Source: Squalus acanthias
Lineage: Eukaryota
NCBI GenBank assembly: GCA_030390025.1
Contig: CM059433.1
Coordinates: 22,508,001 to 22,572,000 of the forward strand
Direction: 5' to 3'
DNA: 64,000 nt
Shown here: piece after piece, positions 62,831 to 64,000 of the stretch
Position numbering within the stretch: position 1 is the stretch's first letter
Layout: each line of letters begins with the position of its first letter
Translations under genes and position numbers: made by a program
The notes under the pieces: model-generated
The model's input: only the letters and a program-made list of their open reading frames with translations
Database searches by the model: none
Told to the model about the DNA's origin: nothing

Positions 62831-62984
62831 CTTATTATTGTTTCTTGTAACGATTTGTTACAACTGAATGGCTTGCTAGGCCATTTCAGAGGGAAGTTAA
62901 GAGTCAACCACATTGCTGTGGGTTTGGAGTCACATATAGGCCAGACCCGGTAAGGACGGCAGATTTCCTTCCCTAAATGACATT

Positions 62985-63320
62985 AATGAGAAGTCGCACA
63001 ACACCAGGTTATAGTCCAACAGTTTTATTTAAAATTACGAGCTTTCGGAGCTCTGCTCCTTCTTCAGGTACAGTGAGGGAATACAAATCAATTACACAGT
63101 ATATATAGACAGAGAACAATGTGTCTGCAGAGATACAATCTGTTAGGGAGGCATTACATCAAAGACACATCAGAGTACAGCTAAGACAATGAGATGGGGT
63201 CACAGGGGGTCCAACGTGTCAAATGCTGCCGTCTGCAGTTAAGCTTTTAACTTTTTTTTTTAAACTGGAAAAACAGACAACGATGTCAAGTCACGTTCTG
63301 TAGTGTGACATGAACCCGAG
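62985..63320 (-). mobile_element. Penelope 3' end, near-identical to 5014-5349, with a hammerhead motif at 63036-63070
   Basis: Direct sequence match within the window. Confidence 0.9.
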
Positions 63321-63324
63321 AACC

Positions 63325-63657
63325 GGGCTGGGAGGAAGCATGCCTGCTCTTCCTGGCCCACAAGCAGTGCTGTAAGGGCACTTACCTTATTACTGAAGCT
63401 GTCCTCGCCTCCCTTGAGCTGCCGGGTTTCCCGAAAACCAGCCAACCAGGGTTAAACCTGGAAGACAGGTTTAATATGCGGCTCCCAGCCTCATTATAAT
63501 ATTTAAATGGCCAACCTGCCTCCTGGGAGCGGGTTGGCTGCCCTCCCCTTGTCCCGCCTCCGTTAAAATCGCGGGTTGGGGTCGGGTTTGAGATTTTAAA
63601 AATGTTTACATCTCACTCGACCCCAACCCACCTGTTTTTAGGGGTTAAAATTACCCC
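63325..63657. mobile_element. Right half of a Harbinger-type MITE (family B-like, inverted)
   Basis: Similar to the reverse complement of 43736-44080; ends ggggttaaaattacccc. Confidence 0.6.
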
Positions 63658-64000
63658 CTAAGTCTCTGATGAAAAAATACAGGGTTGATGACTTCACAAA
63701 GGTCCACTTGACTGTGTCATGTAGAATAAGCATTGCAAAGCAGGAACCTGAGGACCTCAGAGATGATGAACCTTTATATGTCTGCCATTTCTTTCATGCT
63801 GAAGCAGTCCTATTTGGATGATCCAATAAATTCTTCTCAATGTCAGACAATTAAGATATCAACTATTTCAATACTTAAGTGGACAAGGTGTGAACAGTCA
63901 TCGCGTGTGCCGATAGTCCATTTACTTTTGACACCGGATGGCCTTTCATTAGACCTGGAAGAATTTAGCAATTTAACAGTTTATAAGCAAGTACAGAGCC

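Overview
Eukaryotic, repeat-dominated genomic DNA, most likely from a cartilaginous fish (shark). This is inferred from the mix of SacSINE/DeuSINE-like SINEs, CR1/L2/RTE LINEs, Penelope-like elements and very abundant PIF/Harbinger transposons. I found no recognisable host protein-coding exon, so the window is intronic or intergenic. It holds about 10 Harbinger copies or remnants (convergent DDE transposase plus a 3-exon Myb/SANT gene) and about 10 Harbinger-type MITEs. Highlights: (1) a young Harbinger at ~30996-34993 with an intact 386-aa transposase and a near-intact Myb partner gene, but with both terminal inverted repeats missing, sitting inside an otherwise continuous LINE; (2) a ~750-bp MITE family (3 copies) whose four internal hairpins show compensatory substitutions and which carries consensus 5' splice sites; (3) Penelope-derived minimal hammerhead ribozyme motifs, including a 91-bp perfect fold-back element with a 12-bp TSD; (4) a 590-bp micro-inversion, a solo LTR, and several minisatellites born inside Harbingers. 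All calls were made by eye; boundaries of degraded repeats are approximate.
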